Assembly (NCBI GenBank): GCA_037305845.1
Contig: CP147778.1
Coordinates: 2,560,001-2,624,000 of the forward strand
Length of the DNA stretch: 64,000 nt
Direction: 5' to 3'
Source of the DNA: Candidatus Freyarchaeum deiterrae
GTDB lineage: Archaea > Asgardarchaeota > Jordiarchaeia > Jordiarchaeales > Jordiarchaeaceae
In this document: positions 1 to 11,072 of the stretch, piece by piece
Numbering within the stretch: the stretch's first letter is position 1
Layout: each line of letters opens with the position of its first letter
The notes under the pieces: generated by a model
What the model saw: only the letters and a program-made list of their open reading frames with translations
What the model was told of the DNA's origin: nothing
The model's database searches: none
Made by a program: the position numbers and the translations under genes

Positions 1-928
1 TTTCCCACCTCACCGAGTCTTTGCCCAGAAAATTGAATTTTGTTAACCCGTTTTCACCAATTTTGATGTGACTGGGCCTAAGTGTAGTGGCGCCCACAGT
101 GTCCGCCTCGTCCTTATCCTTCTCATCACCCACACGAAGCTTCAAAGCGTCAATAAGGTAACACACGGTAGCTATCTTCCTTCTCTTAGGATCCTCCGAA
201 ACCAAGTTTTCCTCTATATGCTCCCTAAGCTCTTCTATTTTGCTATCAAGTTCTACGGCTTTGTTGAACTTCTCGATTTCCCTTCTCTGCTTTACGTGTG
301 AGGTGTCTGAAAGCCATACATGCTTTAGTTTTCCACGTAACTTGTCATCCCACTTCGCCACCCACATGTAATCCGGTTCCCACACAATTTCTTTCCAATT
401 TCCGGAGGGTCTGGGTGCGTCGGGTGAAAGGTTTAGAACAACATCCTCAGGTCTCGGGCCTCTCTTCCATTTTCCTCTAAGGGGATGTTCCCCTCTACCC
501 ATGAAAATGCTTGAAGGCTCAGCAATGTAATTTGCAATCTCCACTTTTTTTCCATCTACAGTAACATAACCATACTTCTCTCTGTTATTTTCACGTATTA
601 CCTTGCGTTCTGCAGCGAGTTTCTTCTTCTCCTCCTTTAGCACATTGGCCTTCCTAAGCTTCTCCTCTTCCACGTACTTTACAATTTCAGAAAAATCAAA
701 GTCCTCTCGAGAAACTTTCTCCAGACCTAAAGCTGCACTAAAGTCATTAAAGAAGTTTTTAACGAAGACTGGATCCTCCACGTAAACTGTGCCTAGCTTT
801 TTGACCCACGCTACAGCCATCTCTTCTTGTTCTGGCGCCAGTTTAATCTTTGTTCCCTTATACGAGATGGAGAATCCCTTTGTCTCATACTTCGGAAACA
901 GAATGCCATTATGGATTAACTGTTTCAC
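1..928 (-). CDS. top1: DNA topoisomerase IB (eukaryote-type), N-terminal part; runs off the window edge
   Basis: Manual translation from GTG at 928: MKQLIHNGILFPKYE...EQEEMAVAWVKK...YGYVTVDGKKVEIANYIAEPSSIFMGRGEHPLRGKWK...ATVCYLIDALKLRVGDEKDKDEADTVGATTLRPSHI...FNFLGKDSVRW. These are Topo IB core motifs. Absent from the ORF track because it is open at the edge. Confidence 0.93.
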   Translation of the reverse strand, partial: MKQLIHNGILFPKYETKGFSISYKGTKIKLAPEQEEMAVAWVKKLGTVYVEDPVFVKNFFNDFSAALGLEKVSREDFDFSEIVKYVEEEKLRKANVLKEEKKKLAAERKVIRENNREKYGYVTVDGKKVEIANYIAEPSSIFMGRGEHPLRGKWKRGPRPEDVVLNLSPDAPRPSGNWKEIVWEPDYMWVAKWDDKLRGKLKHVWLSDTSHVKQRREIEKFNKAVELDSKIEELREHIEENLVSEDPKRRKIATVCYLIDALKLRVGDEKDKDEADTVGATTLRPSHIKIGENGLTKFNFLGKDSVRWE

Positions 929-1192
929 TTAGAAACACCCACCAAATCTATTATCCCACGATATTCTTTTCGCGTCTTTGGAGTTATTGAATCTATACAT
1001 TGAAACCTTTATATCTCTTATCTTAACTAAAAACTGGGAAGAAAAATTTATTTTGTTTATTCCCTATCCCAATTTCACTAAACAATAGTCGATATTAAAA
1101 GTTTTCCGATTAATGAGAAAAGTATCAATCAACGCTTTTGAATACTGTTTTAAATCTTCCATTCTAGTTATTTCTATGTGAGGTTAGGTAAA

Positions 1193-2251
1193 ATGTCAAA
1201 AGATGTTTCATTTTCAGATGAGGAGAGGGATAGATACTCTAGAAATATTGTTCTCGATTACATAGGATTTACCGGCCAGAAAAAACTCAAGAAATCCAAG
1301 GTTCTGGTTGCCGGGGTGGGAGGAATCGGGTGTTACGCGGCACTGCTCTTCGCTCAGATGGGTGTTGGAACGATTCGCCTAGTGGATATGGACATCGTAG
1401 AAGTTTCAAATCTTCAGAGGCAAGGATTATACAATATGGAGCTGGTGAATTACCCTAAGGTTGAGGCAGCCAAAATTCAGCTCACCAAGTTAAACCCGGA
1501 AATAAACATAGAAGCTCTACCCTATTTTCTGGATGAGACCAATGTTATGAAATTATTAGAAGGTATTGATGTTGTGGTTGACGGACTCGACGCAATAGAG
1601 CCCAGATACATTTTAAACAAGGCTTGCTACAAGTTAGGTATACCCTACGTTTTTGGAGCCGCAATTGAGACTTACGGCAACGTTTTCACAATAATTCCCG
1701 GAGAAACCGCCTGCTTAGAGTGCTTCTATGGAAATATTAGCGATGAAACGCTACCAGCATGCGGACAGGTAGGAGTTTTTCCACCGGTCCCCTCAATAGT
1801 CGCCGATATTGAAGTGTCGGAAGCGGTGAGAATTCTTCTGGGCAAGGCGCCACAGCTGGCGGGCACTTTGCTTATCATTGATACCTCGGATCTCTCCTTC
1901 GAGAGAGTTTCCCTCAAAAAAGAGGATTCTTGTAGGGTTTGCAGCCGTAAGCCGGAGGAAATAATATTCCAATCGAAGCGAGAGGAAAAGGGTGTGAAAG
2001 CGGTTTGCGGCAGGGCGCTTAAAAGCACCTACATAGTCGTACCCGAAAAAGACCTCAATTTAGACTTTCAAAAAATAATTGAGAACATGGATGAATCATA
2101 CAAAATAGTCACGATGTCCGAACTAGGAATCGCTCTAAAAAAAGACGCAAAGGTGGATATCAATATACTCAAATCAGGAGTAGGCATTATCAAAGGAACA
2201 CGTGGAGACGAAGTAGCACAAGAAATCTATGAGCAATTAACTCAACAATAG
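1193..2251 (+). CDS. ThiF/MoeB/E1-like adenylyltransferase
   Basis: RYSRNI, VAGVGGIG, DMDIVEVSNLQRQ, CLEC and CRVC zinc motifs. Confidence 0.9.
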   Translation: MSKDVSFSDEERDRYSRNIVLDYIGFTGQKKLKKSKVLVAGVGGIGCYAALLFAQMGVGTIRLVDMDIVEVSNLQRQGLYNMELVNYPKVEAAKIQLTKLNPEINIEALPYFLDETNVMKLLEGIDVVVDGLDAIEPRYILNKACYKLGIPYVFGAAIETYGNVFTIIPGETACLECFYGNISDETLPACGQVGVFPPVPSIVADIEVSEAVRILLGKAPQLAGTLLIIDTSDLSFERVSLKKEDSCRVCSRKPEEIIFQSKREEKGVKAVCGRALKSTYIVVPEKDLNLDFQKIIENMDESYKIVTMSELGIALKKDAKVDINILKSGVGIIKGTRGDEVAQEIYEQLTQQ

Positions 2252-2409
2252 CTTTGCCAGCGGTATACGATTTTATTAATGCTAAATCCTTTATATATCT
2301 TGATAATATTGTGCATATTGGACTATACATTTTGATAACAAAAAGTTTAAATTATGAAAAGTATAAATATGTTATTACTATCAAAAGGGGAAAAAAGAGT
2401 GTGAGAAAG

Positions 2410-2772
2410 ATGAAAACACCCTGCGAAGTAATGAACAAATTCTACCTACCCTCAATTCGAGCTATGATCGCAAGAGACCTGTCACAAAACTACAACTGTA
2501 CACAGATGAAAATAGCGGATTGGCTGGGAGTGACCCAGGCCGCCATAAGCCAATACCTCTCCTCAAAGCGAGCAGTCACCGAACAAATGTTACAAAATAG
2601 ACCAGAAGTAACCGAGATAATCAAAGACCTCACAACTAAACTAATGAACGGCGAGAAAGATAACTTCAACTCGACCAAAGAGGTATGCAGAATTTGCAAA
2701 ACTTTAAAGTTATGCGAAGAAGGTTATGAAGCAGTAAAGAGTTTCCAGACGGTTAAATACAAAGAAGTGTAA
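2410..2772 (+). CDS. HTH transcriptional regulator (ThiN/COG2522-like N-terminal type)
   Basis: PCE...LPSIRAMIARDL...TQMKIADWLGVTQAAISQYLSSKR, C-terminal CRIC. Confidence 0.8.
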   Translation: MKTPCEVMNKFYLPSIRAMIARDLSQNYNCTQMKIADWLGVTQAAISQYLSSKRAVTEQMLQNRPEVTEIIKDLTTKLMNGEKDNFNSTKEVCRICKTLKLCEEGYEAVKSFQTVKYKEV

Positions 2773-2861
2773 ATAGCCCCAAGAAACGAATTAGTCACAC
2801 CTGTAACCTGCTTCCACTCTTTAAAAGTTGAAAGAATCCCACAATGGTTACAAAGACGACC

Positions 2862-3062
2862 TCACCGAGGTCGTTTTATCTTTATTGTCTTATTCTTCTT
2901 CACTGGTGTTTTTGGGAATTCGTAGCCGCAAGCAGGACATAAAATGAGATTACAAGCCTTTGCGAGAGGGCAAAACGTACATCCCTCTGCCTTTTCCTCC
3001 GTGAATTCATGTCCGCATAAAGGACACCTGTAAACTTCCTTCTCAGATACTACGTCTGGCAT
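2862..3062 (-). CDS. small Cys-rich zinc/Fe-S binding protein
   Basis: CPLCGHEF..CTFCPLAKAC...CPACGYEF. Confidence 0.65.
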   Translation of the reverse strand: MPDVVSEKEVYRCPLCGHEFTEEKAEGCTFCPLAKACNLILCPACGYEFPKTPVKKNKTIKIKRPR

Positions 3063-3140
3063 AATTCAATACTTCCTAAATCAAAGCTGGTTAAAGTCCT
3101 CCCACTATAACCTATGGTTTAGACCTTTTAACTCTTTCAA

Positions 3141-4619
3141 CTATTTTTCCATGAGTTTTGATTTGATTTGGGTGTACTGGTACATTGCTCCTAAGGCTTT
3201 GACCGCCAAATCTATGTCAAGATAGCTGGGGTAATCTGAGGCTTCGAAAGCATTGTAAATTTTGTTAACACTCTCAGTAACAGGACCGTAAATCCAGATT
3301 ACTATGGGCTTATCTGCGGGTGTTTCAGCCTCTTTGAGCATTTTAGTGTAGAGTTCTGGTGGAATTCCCGGATAAGCGTAGATGGTGAGCAAAAGGCAAT
3401 CAACATTGTTATCTTCAGAAAAGACTTCCACCGCCTTTCTATAAGGCGTAATTGGATCCATAAGCGCGGGCATAGCCGGCCCAATGTCTAAGGGATTACC
3501 AACCATTGTGGGATGAACTTGGAATAACTTTTCATTGCTCTCATTTGACAGCTTACTCAGCACCAATCCCCATTCCGCTGCTGTATCTATAGCCATTATG
3601 CCTGCTCCGCCGGAAAGTGTAATTATTCCCAACCTGTTTCCCCGTGGAAGTGGCTGGCATCCGAACACTTTAGCGACCTGAAATAGTTCCACGAATGAAT
3701 TCACCTGAATCAAACCCGCCTGTCTGAATACCGACTCGTAAATTTTCCGGTCTCCAGCCATCGACCCCGTATGAGAAGCTAAAGCCTTTTTACTCTCACT
3801 AGTCCTCCCGGGTTTGTACACTATTATGGGCTTCTTTTTAGCGACTCTTTTAGCCACTTCTAAAAATCTCGGTCCATCTTTAATATCCTCGAGGTGCATT
3901 GCGATTACTCTGGTTTCCGGGTCGTTTTCAAGATATTCCAAAAGGTCTGTTTCGTTGACATCACACTTGTTACTCAAGTCACAGGTTTTGCTGACTCCGT
4001 ATTGCAGGTCTTCAAAGGCATATGCTTGCGCCCCTATAATTCCTGTCTGCGCGGCAAGCGCCACATGTCCCCTCCTTATACTCTTGTACCCCATTGGATA
4101 GGGCATGGTTATTACACTTAAGTAGGGGTTCACAATACCAATAGTGTTTGGACCCAATAGTCTTAATCCCGTCTGCTGAGAAATCTCCACTATCCTCTTT
4201 TGAAGTCTCGCTCCCTCATCATCTCTTTCCGCAAAACCGTCCGCTACAATAACTGCTCCCTTCAACCTCTTTTCTGCACAGTCCCTAAGTATTCCGGGCA
4301 CTGCCCTAGAGGCGGTAATAATCACCGCTAAATCCACTTCACCTGGAATTTCCTTAACATTCCGATAAACCTTAATTCCCTCAACCTCAGAATAAGAAGG
4401 ATTCACCAAATAGACGTTTCCCTTGTACCCCAAATTTTTCAAGTTGTTGAGAGCGACTTGGCCCCCAAACCAGGGGTTACTAACCACACCAATTATCGCG
4501 ATGCTTTTCGGCTCGAAAAAAGGAGTCAAATCGCTTCTAAACCTCACAGTTTCAGACCGATTCTCATAACCTTCAACGATATTCGATTCATCCCGAGTAC
4601 TTTTCAGGCCCATTTCCAT
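3141..4619 (-). CDS. acdA: ADP-forming acyl-CoA synthetase alpha subunit
   Basis: FFEPKSIAIIG, LLGPNTIG, ASHTGSMAG phospho-His motif, ITLSGGAG, NPLD. Confidence 0.9.
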   Translation of the reverse strand: MEMGLKSTRDESNIVEGYENRSETVRFRSDLTPFFEPKSIAIIGVVSNPWFGGQVALNNLKNLGYKGNVYLVNPSYSEVEGIKVYRNVKEIPGEVDLAVIITASRAVPGILRDCAEKRLKGAVIVADGFAERDDEGARLQKRIVEISQQTGLRLLGPNTIGIVNPYLSVITMPYPMGYKSIRRGHVALAAQTGIIGAQAYAFEDLQYGVSKTCDLSNKCDVNETDLLEYLENDPETRVIAMHLEDIKDGPRFLEVAKRVAKKKPIIVYKPGRTSESKKALASHTGSMAGDRKIYESVFRQAGLIQVNSFVELFQVAKVFGCQPLPRGNRLGIITLSGGAGIMAIDTAAEWGLVLSKLSNESNEKLFQVHPTMVGNPLDIGPAMPALMDPITPYRKAVEVFSEDNNVDCLLLTIYAYPGIPPELYTKMLKEAETPADKPIVIWIYGPVTESVNKIYNAFEASDYPSYLDIDLAVKALGAMYQYTQIKSKLMEK

Positions 4620-4886
4620 AACTTCCCTTGAACATCATTTTTAGACTCTTGGTTTACAAATTTAAAATAACATTAAATACCACAATTATTTAAAGCTATA
4701 ATTGGACCGAATCGTTGAATTGGTTCGTGCTAGACAAAATTCACAAACTTTTCTCATTGAAACTCGCTTATTTCCAAAAAATTAATCAGCAATACTCTTA
4801 TTTATAGGATAACTAACTGCTTTGAAACAAAATAAGTTTAAGAGCTTGAAACTCGGGAAGTTCTCAGTTTAATTGGGTTGATTTTT

Positions 4887-5309
4887 ATGACCGATGGTTA
4901 TGACCTATTAGTCTATTCCGATGGTGGTTCTAGGGGAAACCCTGGTCCTTCTGCTATTGGTTTTGTTGTTTGTGATGGTAAGGGTAAGGTTTTAACGAGT
5001 TACGGAGAGTACGTGGGAACTCATACGAATAATCAGTCTGAGTATTTGGCACTGATTAAGGCTCTAGAGCAGGCTATCACTCACTCTAAAGGTAGGGTAC
5101 ACTGTTTTCTTGACAGTGAGCTTGTAGTAAAGCAGCTAAACGGTGAGTACGAGGTGCGGGACAGCGACTTGAACACTTTGTTTTCGAAGGTTAAGGGTTT
5201 AGAGAAGAAATTTAAAAGTGTAAAGTATTCGCATGCTCCTAGGAACACCGGTAAGCTTTCCGTAGCTGATGGACTTGTGAATAAGGCTCTCGACTCGAAG
5301 CAGAAATGA
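4887..5309 (+). CDS. rnhA: ribonuclease HI
   Basis: YSDGGSRGNPGPSAIG, TNNQSEY, DSELVVKQLNGEY, ADGLVN. Confidence 0.92.
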   Translation: MTDGYDLLVYSDGGSRGNPGPSAIGFVVCDGKGKVLTSYGEYVGTHTNNQSEYLALIKALEQAITHSKGRVHCFLDSELVVKQLNGEYEVRDSDLNTLFSKVKGLEKKFKSVKYSHAPRNTGKLSVADGLVNKALDSKQK

Positions 5310-5506
5310 GAGAATCTTATGGTTTTTGGAATTTTTTATTCCCGTTTTTGTTGATTTCAAGAAAAAAATTACTTAAATCAAATGTTAAGGGCCTGGATTT
5401 TTCCGTTTTTTGTTTGTTTTAGTTTATTTTTTTCCGATTTATGCATTCCATACGACTTAATTAAGCAGAAACATTTATAGAATAAAAAAATAATAAAACT
5501 GTTTAG

Positions 5507-6010
5507 ATGCAGTCTAATACAAACATGTTAGAAGGAAGGAGGAAAATGGCCTTACTAGAAAAAATTCAAAGCAAAATAAAAGACGATCACGTATCCGCAT
5601 CCGAAAAAAAGTCAAAAGTAGACTTCAAGTGGGAGGAAGTCGTCACCGTCGACAGCTTAAAAGAAAAGTGGCAGGAATACCTCGACGACATCAAATCCGA
5701 CATAGACAATCTATCACTTTCCCGGGCACAAGTTCTTGCCGAGGGCTATAGACTATACGAGAAAGACTCGGTAAAAATACTGGACAGACTAGAAACCATA
5801 ATAAAACAGAGAAAAATAAAATGCGAAAGAGAACCCGACCAACTAAAAATGAGCCTCGACGAAGAATACGATAAGAACAGACTAGAAAAACTCGGAGACA
5901 AAGACCTAGACAAAACAGTCGAAGAAGCCACCAAAACCCTACAAGCCAAAGTAAAAGACGTCTGGCACGCCTTAGGAAGAGTAATATTCCGAGAAGTCGC
6001 AGAAGAATAA
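5507..6010 (+). CDS. hypothetical helical/coiled-coil protein
   Basis: Long charged ORF with host-like codon use; the real start may be the downstream Met of MALLEK. Confidence 0.6.
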   Translation: MQSNTNMLEGRRKMALLEKIQSKIKDDHVSASEKKSKVDFKWEEVVTVDSLKEKWQEYLDDIKSDIDNLSLSRAQVLAEGYRLYEKDSVKILDRLETIIKQRKIKCEREPDQLKMSLDEEYDKNRLEKLGDKDLDKTVEEATKTLQAKVKDVWHALGRVIFREVAEE

Positions 6011-6252
6011 ATCCCCCTATCTTTTATTATTCCATAAAAATAATGAGCTTTCAAATTACTCATCTCCCTCTAACACTACATCTGTTAATTTAGCTTTATA
6101 AACAACCTTCCCCTGCTTCGGGAAGATTGAATCCCAACCCTTAACTTGCGGTTAAACTAATTTCTAACAAGTTTAAAATTTCCGGATTCTAAGTAAAATA
6201 TCGGCTTAAAATCAGGGAATTGATACTTTTTTGCACTTTCTCGCTCCAAATA

Positions 6253-6510
6253 CTATTGCTCAAGTATTTTGGTTTTGATTGGTTGACAATGCATTTCTTC
6301 AATAATTTTTGTCAGATCAATCAGCATATCTTCTGTTTCATCCAGCAAGTCTTCGTTTTTTTCATCGGAGGCTCTTAAGTTACTAAGGAACGCCTCGATT
6401 TCTCGTTTTACCGATGAAAGATCGCCCTTAATCATTTCACGCTTGGCATATCGATATTTCTCACGGATTTCATCAATACTTGGCTTCAAACAGCTAAACC
6501 TTCCTTCCAT
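6253..6510 (-). CDS. hypothetical protein
   Basis: 85-aa charged helical ORF. Confidence 0.5.
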   Translation of the reverse strand: MEGRFSCLKPSIDEIREKYRYAKREMIKGDLSSVKREIEAFLSNLRASDEKNEDLLDETEDMLIDLTKIIEEMHCQPIKTKILEQ

Positions 6511-6884
6511 ACATCTTTTTTTTATTACTATTACTCAACATTTTACGGTAATTATTCTTCACTATACTGAATTACTTCATGTCCTTAATTTTTTAAAAAG
6601 GTACCTTAACGTGGAAAGTCAGTTTATCTTTTCCAAAAATAGCGGATGAAACACCTATATTTTCATTGAAATTTTAAAAAGTACAACCGTATTTTTATTC
6701 TCTCAAAAATTTGACCAAAATTCCACTAGTGGGAATTGTAAAAAGTGGGATAAAAAATTACCTTACATTTTTATCAGGGTAAAACTTATATAGTTCTACT
6801 AAGCGCTCTTTCTCAAAAAGGAACATTTCAAGACTCCTTCTATGGAAACAATAATTTAAAAGAGAGAGGTCATATTAAATCCTA

Positions 6885-7313
6885 ATGGTGGTAACTGTGT
6901 CCAAGAAGATGAAAATTCGCTTTCTCATGTGTAAACCAGGTCTAGACGGTCATGATAGGGGAGCCAAAGTGGTCTCTATGGCATTAAGAGACGCCGGAAT
7001 GGAAGTAATATATACGGGGCTTCACCAAACTCCCGAACAAATAATCGAGGCTGCCATACAGGAAGACGCAGATGCTATAGGACTCTCCATCCTCAGCGGA
7101 GCACACATGACCCTCGTACCACGCGTACTAGAATTAATGAAGGAACACGGAATCCAAGACCGGCTGGTACTAGCAGGAGGAACAATAGTCCTGAAGGAAG
7201 ACATAGCAGAACTCAAAAAACAAGGCGTCGCCCAAATATACGGACCCGGAACCCCCACAAAAGAAATAGTAGACTTCATAAACAATTACTTCGAAAAAAG
7301 CGTCAAAAAATAA
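6885..7313 (+). CDS. methylmalonyl-CoA mutase-type cobalamin-binding subunit
   Basis: [13 protein letters not shown]12-binding motif, GLSILSGAH. Confidence 0.92.
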   Translation: MVVTVSKKMKIRFLMCKPGLDGHDRGAKVVSMALRDAGMEVIYTGLHQTPEQIIEAAIQEDADAIGLSILSGAHMTLVPRVLELMKEHGIQDRLVLAGGTIVLKEDIAELKKQGVAQIYGPGTPTKEIVDFINNYFEKSVKK

Positions 7314-7522
7314 AATATAAAAAAATAATTACTTTACTTTAAAATAGTATAACCGCTTTTTAATTTTTATAAAAATTAGAATGCCAAGATTCTCCTATGA
7401 TTCTCTCAGTCTGCTATTTTTAGAGAATTAGGCACGCTTATTTCACGCAAGACTCTGCGGAATAGTAATAAGCAAAGTTTAATAGGTGCCACTAGTGTCG
7501 TTTTTCAGGAGATGATACCAGC

Positions 7523-8137
7523 ATGGACGACGAATGGCAAGACGTACCAGAGTTTTCAATTGGTGAAAAGGACACTAATATTCTGCAAATAATAGGAGAA
7601 GAGGATTTAACAAGTTTCACCTTCGAAGGACTAAAGAGGAGGCTGGGAGTTCATCCCGAGACTCTTTCCAGAATTCTCTACAGACTCGAAGATCAAGGCA
7701 TCGTGGAAAAAGCGTTGGAAGGCTATAAGGTTACACCGAAGGCCAAGGAATTTCTCAGATTAAAACCACTAGGCACCGAAAAACCCCGCGTGCACCTACT
7801 CCACACACTACCAATACCCGATGTGCCAATTCAAGAAGTTGTCTCCAATCTTAGAGGTAAATGGTTTGGGACGCTTCGTTGGCTGGGCTACTCCGAGAAT
7901 GACGAAAGCATAACACTCAAGTGGATTACCGAGGACGGCGGAATCCAGGTAGAAGTTAATTTCTCAGAATCCGAACTCAGCATAGAAGCCAAGATGCTGT
8001 GGGAGGATGACACCAATATTGCTCTAAGCGCCTCTTATCAGCTCATAGGCTATATATCAAAGCTTTATTCCAGACTAGGGAGAATCAACCAAATTCCCCG
8101 CTTCAGAACACTCAATCTATACTTAATAATAGATTAA
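7523..8137 (+). CDS. winged-helix DNA-binding protein
   Basis: FEGLKRRLGVHPETLSRILYRLEDQGIVEK. Confidence 0.7.
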   Translation: MDDEWQDVPEFSIGEKDTNILQIIGEEDLTSFTFEGLKRRLGVHPETLSRILYRLEDQGIVEKALEGYKVTPKAKEFLRLKPLGTEKPRVHLLHTLPIPDVPIQEVVSNLRGKWFGTLRWLGYSENDESITLKWITEDGGIQVEVNFSESELSIEAKMLWEDDTNIALSASYQLIGYISKLYSRLGRINQIPRFRTLNLYLIID

Positions 8138-8206
8138 TGTGACTGATTTTCTTCTATTCCCCATCAACAAATCCCTCCGCGACTTCTAGTATTATTAGGT
8201 GAAAAC

Positions 8207-9130
8207 ATGAGCCAAGATTTTACACCATCACAGATATTGAAGTCGCTCTCAGACGCCACTGCTGAAGTGGTTGAAAAGGCAGCTTCCTCCCTAGTAAGCG
8301 TAATCTCTGAAAAGCACGGTCACAGAGGTTCAGGTGTTATATGGAGTTCCGACGGCTACATAGTAACCTGCAGCCACGTAGTAAGTAAAAGCAAAACAGT
8401 CACCATCGGACTTGAAGACGGCCGAAAACTTGAAGCAAACGTAGTTGGCCAGGATTCCTATTCCGATGTAGCATTACTGAAAATCGAAGACGGAGGCACA
8501 TTCGAACCGATAGAACAGGGAGACTCCGAAAGCATAAAGGTTGGACAATTCGCACTCGCCGTAGCCAAATTCACAGGCCGACATCCAAGCGCCACTTCGG
8601 GCATGATCACCAACGTGGGTCTTTCATTCCAAGGATGGAGAGGAATGACGATGGACAACCTCATCGTCACAGACGCACCATTGAACCCCGGCTACTCAGG
8701 AGGCCCACTGCTGGACGCTTCCGGCAAGATGATAGGAATGAACGCAGCCTACGCCTGGTCCAGAGGCCTATCAATTCCAGTCAGCACCATAAAACGAGTC
8801 ACTGACGGTCTAGTCCGCGAAGGTAAAGTCCAAAGAGCATACCTGGGCATAAAATCGAGCACCATCATGCTACCACAGGAAATCGCCACACAAGAGGAAG
8901 TAAATCAAGAAGAAGGCGTAATGGTCTTCTGGGTCGAAAAAGACAGCCCCGCCAAAAAAGCAGGACTAGCCCTAGGCGATATCATAGTAAAATTCGACGA
9001 AAAACCAGTCACAAACGTCTATGACCTGCCCAAACTGCTAACCGAAGAAGTAATCGGAAAAAAGACCAAACTCGAAGTACTACGGGGAGAAAAGCCGATA
9101 AACCTCACAATCACTCCAATCGCAGCATAA
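8207..9130 (+). CDS. HtrA/DegP-type serine protease with PDZ domain
   Basis: GSGVI, TCSHVV, DVALLK, TDAPLNPGYSGGPL, C-terminal PDZ (SPAKKAGL..GDII). Confidence 0.92.
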   Translation: MSQDFTPSQILKSLSDATAEVVEKAASSLVSVISEKHGHRGSGVIWSSDGYIVTCSHVVSKSKTVTIGLEDGRKLEANVVGQDSYSDVALLKIEDGGTFEPIEQGDSESIKVGQFALAVAKFTGRHPSATSGMITNVGLSFQGWRGMTMDNLIVTDAPLNPGYSGGPLLDASGKMIGMNAAYAWSRGLSIPVSTIKRVTDGLVREGKVQRAYLGIKSSTIMLPQEIATQEEVNQEEGVMVFWVEKDSPAKKAGLALGDIIVKFDEKPVTNVYDLPKLLTEEVIGKKTKLEVLRGEKPINLTITPIAA

Positions 9131-9321
9131 TTTTTGGAATCGACGAGTCAAAGCCTTTGAACACAACCAAAGGCTAACCCTCCTTTTTTTTAACCCTAGC
9201 ATGGAGCACAATCTCATGCTGCATTCGAAATCACCCATTTTTGACGAAAAATTACTGCATTTCCCCTCTCTCCTATTTTGAAAATCGGAAAAGAACTGAA
9301 AAAAAAATAATGAGAGAAATT

Positions 9322-9708
9322 TTAAAACTTTATAAAAATCTTATCCTTCTCTACCTTGGACTCAGTCTTTACAAGATCAAAAGTTTCTATTTCTCTACCT
9401 TCCTTCTCCAACATCTGCATGAATTCTTTGGGAAGTTTCGAAGCAATCTCTGGGGGGAATTTAAACACGGGTTCAGAGAGTTTCTTTCCTGTTGTCACGT
9501 CGAAAGTAGCGTAGTGTAATGGACATGTAAGTACCTTACCTTTTAGAACACCATTATGAAGGGCACCATTCATGTGCGGACAACGGTCATAGAAGGCATA
9601 GAACTTGTCATCAACATTAGCCACCGTTATGGGTATGCCTTTTTTCTTTACCATTTTCATTTTGCCTTTTGGTATGTTTGCGACCTTATCAAATTCTACC
9701 CACGACAT
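9322..9708 (-). CDS. Rieske [2Fe-2S] ferredoxin
   Basis: CPH...CPLH motifs. Confidence 0.88.
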   Translation of the reverse strand: MSWVEFDKVANIPKGKMKMVKKKGIPITVANVDDKFYAFYDRCPHMNGALHNGVLKGKVLTCPLHYATFDVTTGKKLSEPVFKFPPEIASKLPKEFMQMLEKEGREIETFDLVKTESKVEKDKIFIKF

Positions 9709-9915
9709 GGTTCTTTAACCTCTTCGCACAGTTATTAACTGTTTTTAGCACACTAAATGCACTTAAAAACATTATGTTAACTCAGCTATGGTAATGTAGA
9801 TTTACAAAAATCTTTTCGAAGCGAACGAATCTCTGTCGCTATTGCTGTTGATAGAAAGGTTTATATATGGGGCCTTATTGTATGTTTACAACTATTATTT
9901 GTATACAATAATAAG

Positions 9916-10455
9916 ATGTATACTGGAGGGCTGACCATGAGTGAAGTAATAAAAGAAAAGGAATCTACCGAAATAGAACCATCTCGAAAGAGGCCATTGG
10001 TTTACACTCCCTTTGAAGACTTGTTTGGAGAAATATTTGGAGACTTTGACCGGATCTTTGAGGATTACTCAACAGGTGCTCTTGAGGAATTCTCAAGACA
10101 AATTATTAGATTTCGACCAATAACCCGGTTCCCGAGATTGGACATAGAAGACACCGGTGACGCTTACAAGGTAACCGCCGATATGCCGGGAATCTCAAAG
10201 GATAAAGTAAACATAAATGTCACAAGCGACAGCTTGGAAATTAGTGGCGGAGAAGAGAAGGATGTAACAGATAAGAACTATCTGCACAGAGAGAGGTTCT
10301 ACGAGTCATTCAGGAGATACGTCGTCTTTAAGGAAGATATTCTATCTGACAAGGTTGAAGCTGAAATAAAAGATGGTATCCTAACAATAAAAATTCCTAA
10401 GAAGTATACTGCTCATATTGAGGAACCGGTAAAAGTCGAAGTAAAGGAAGATTAA
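9916..10455 (+). CDS. Hsp20 small heat-shock protein
   Basis: ADMPGISKDKV, ERFYESFRR, AEIKDGILTIKIPK. Confidence 0.92.
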   Translation: MYTGGLTMSEVIKEKESTEIEPSRKRPLVYTPFEDLFGEIFGDFDRIFEDYSTGALEEFSRQIIRFRPITRFPRLDIEDTGDAYKVTADMPGISKDKVNINVTSDSLEISGGEEKDVTDKNYLHRERFYESFRRYVVFKEDILSDKVEAEIKDGILTIKIPKKYTAHIEEPVKVEVKED

Positions 10456-10652
10456 GAGAAGAGTGAAATTCCCTTAATCTATCCTTCCATAATTGTTTTT
10501 TATATAATTTTTTGTTGCTGACAATTTTTGTCTTTTTTTGATATCGTTTTTTTTAAATAGTTTTGGAGACTTTAATTTTTTGTCGTTCTTGATTGGTTTT
10601 TTAGCAAAGTTAAACTAGGCCAAGAAAAAATAAAAAAAGGAGTAGGTAAATT

Positions 10653-11072
10653 TTAAATTTTTACGAAAATAATACCCTCCTCCACCTTGACCTCAATTGT
10701 CATGAGGTTGTAGGTTTCTATTTCCCTTCCTTCTTCCTCAAACATCTGGAGGAGTGCAATCGAGAGTTTCGAAGCCATCTCTCGAGGGAATTTAAACACA
10801 GGATCCCCGAGTTTCTTTCCGGTTGTAACGTCGAAGCTGGCGTAGTGTAATGGACATATAACTACCTTACCTCTTAGAAAACCCTTATGAAGGGCGGCAT
10901 TCGTGTGCGGGCATCGGTCGTTGAAGGCATAGAACTTCCCATCAACATTAGCCACCGTAATAGGTATGTCCTTTATCTTTACCATTTTCATTGTACCTAA
11001 GGGCACATTTGTTACTTTATCAAACTCTACCCACTGCAGATTTTCTGCTTTATCGACTTCCACCAACGCCAT
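10653..11072 (-). CDS. Rieske [2Fe-2S] ferredoxin (paralog of 9322..9708)
   Basis: CPH...CPLH; close protein and DNA similarity to the upstream copy. Confidence 0.88.
   Translation of the reverse strand: MALVEVDKAENLQWVEFDKVTNVPLGTMKMVKIKDIPITVANVDGKFYAFNDRCPHTNAALHKGFLRGKVVICPLHYASFDVTTGKKLGDPVFKFPREMASKLSIALLQMFEEEGREIETYNLMTIEVKVEEGIIFVKI

Noticed and set aside
68-785. Short plus-strand ORFs at the window start
   Set aside because: Antisense to the Topo IB gene.
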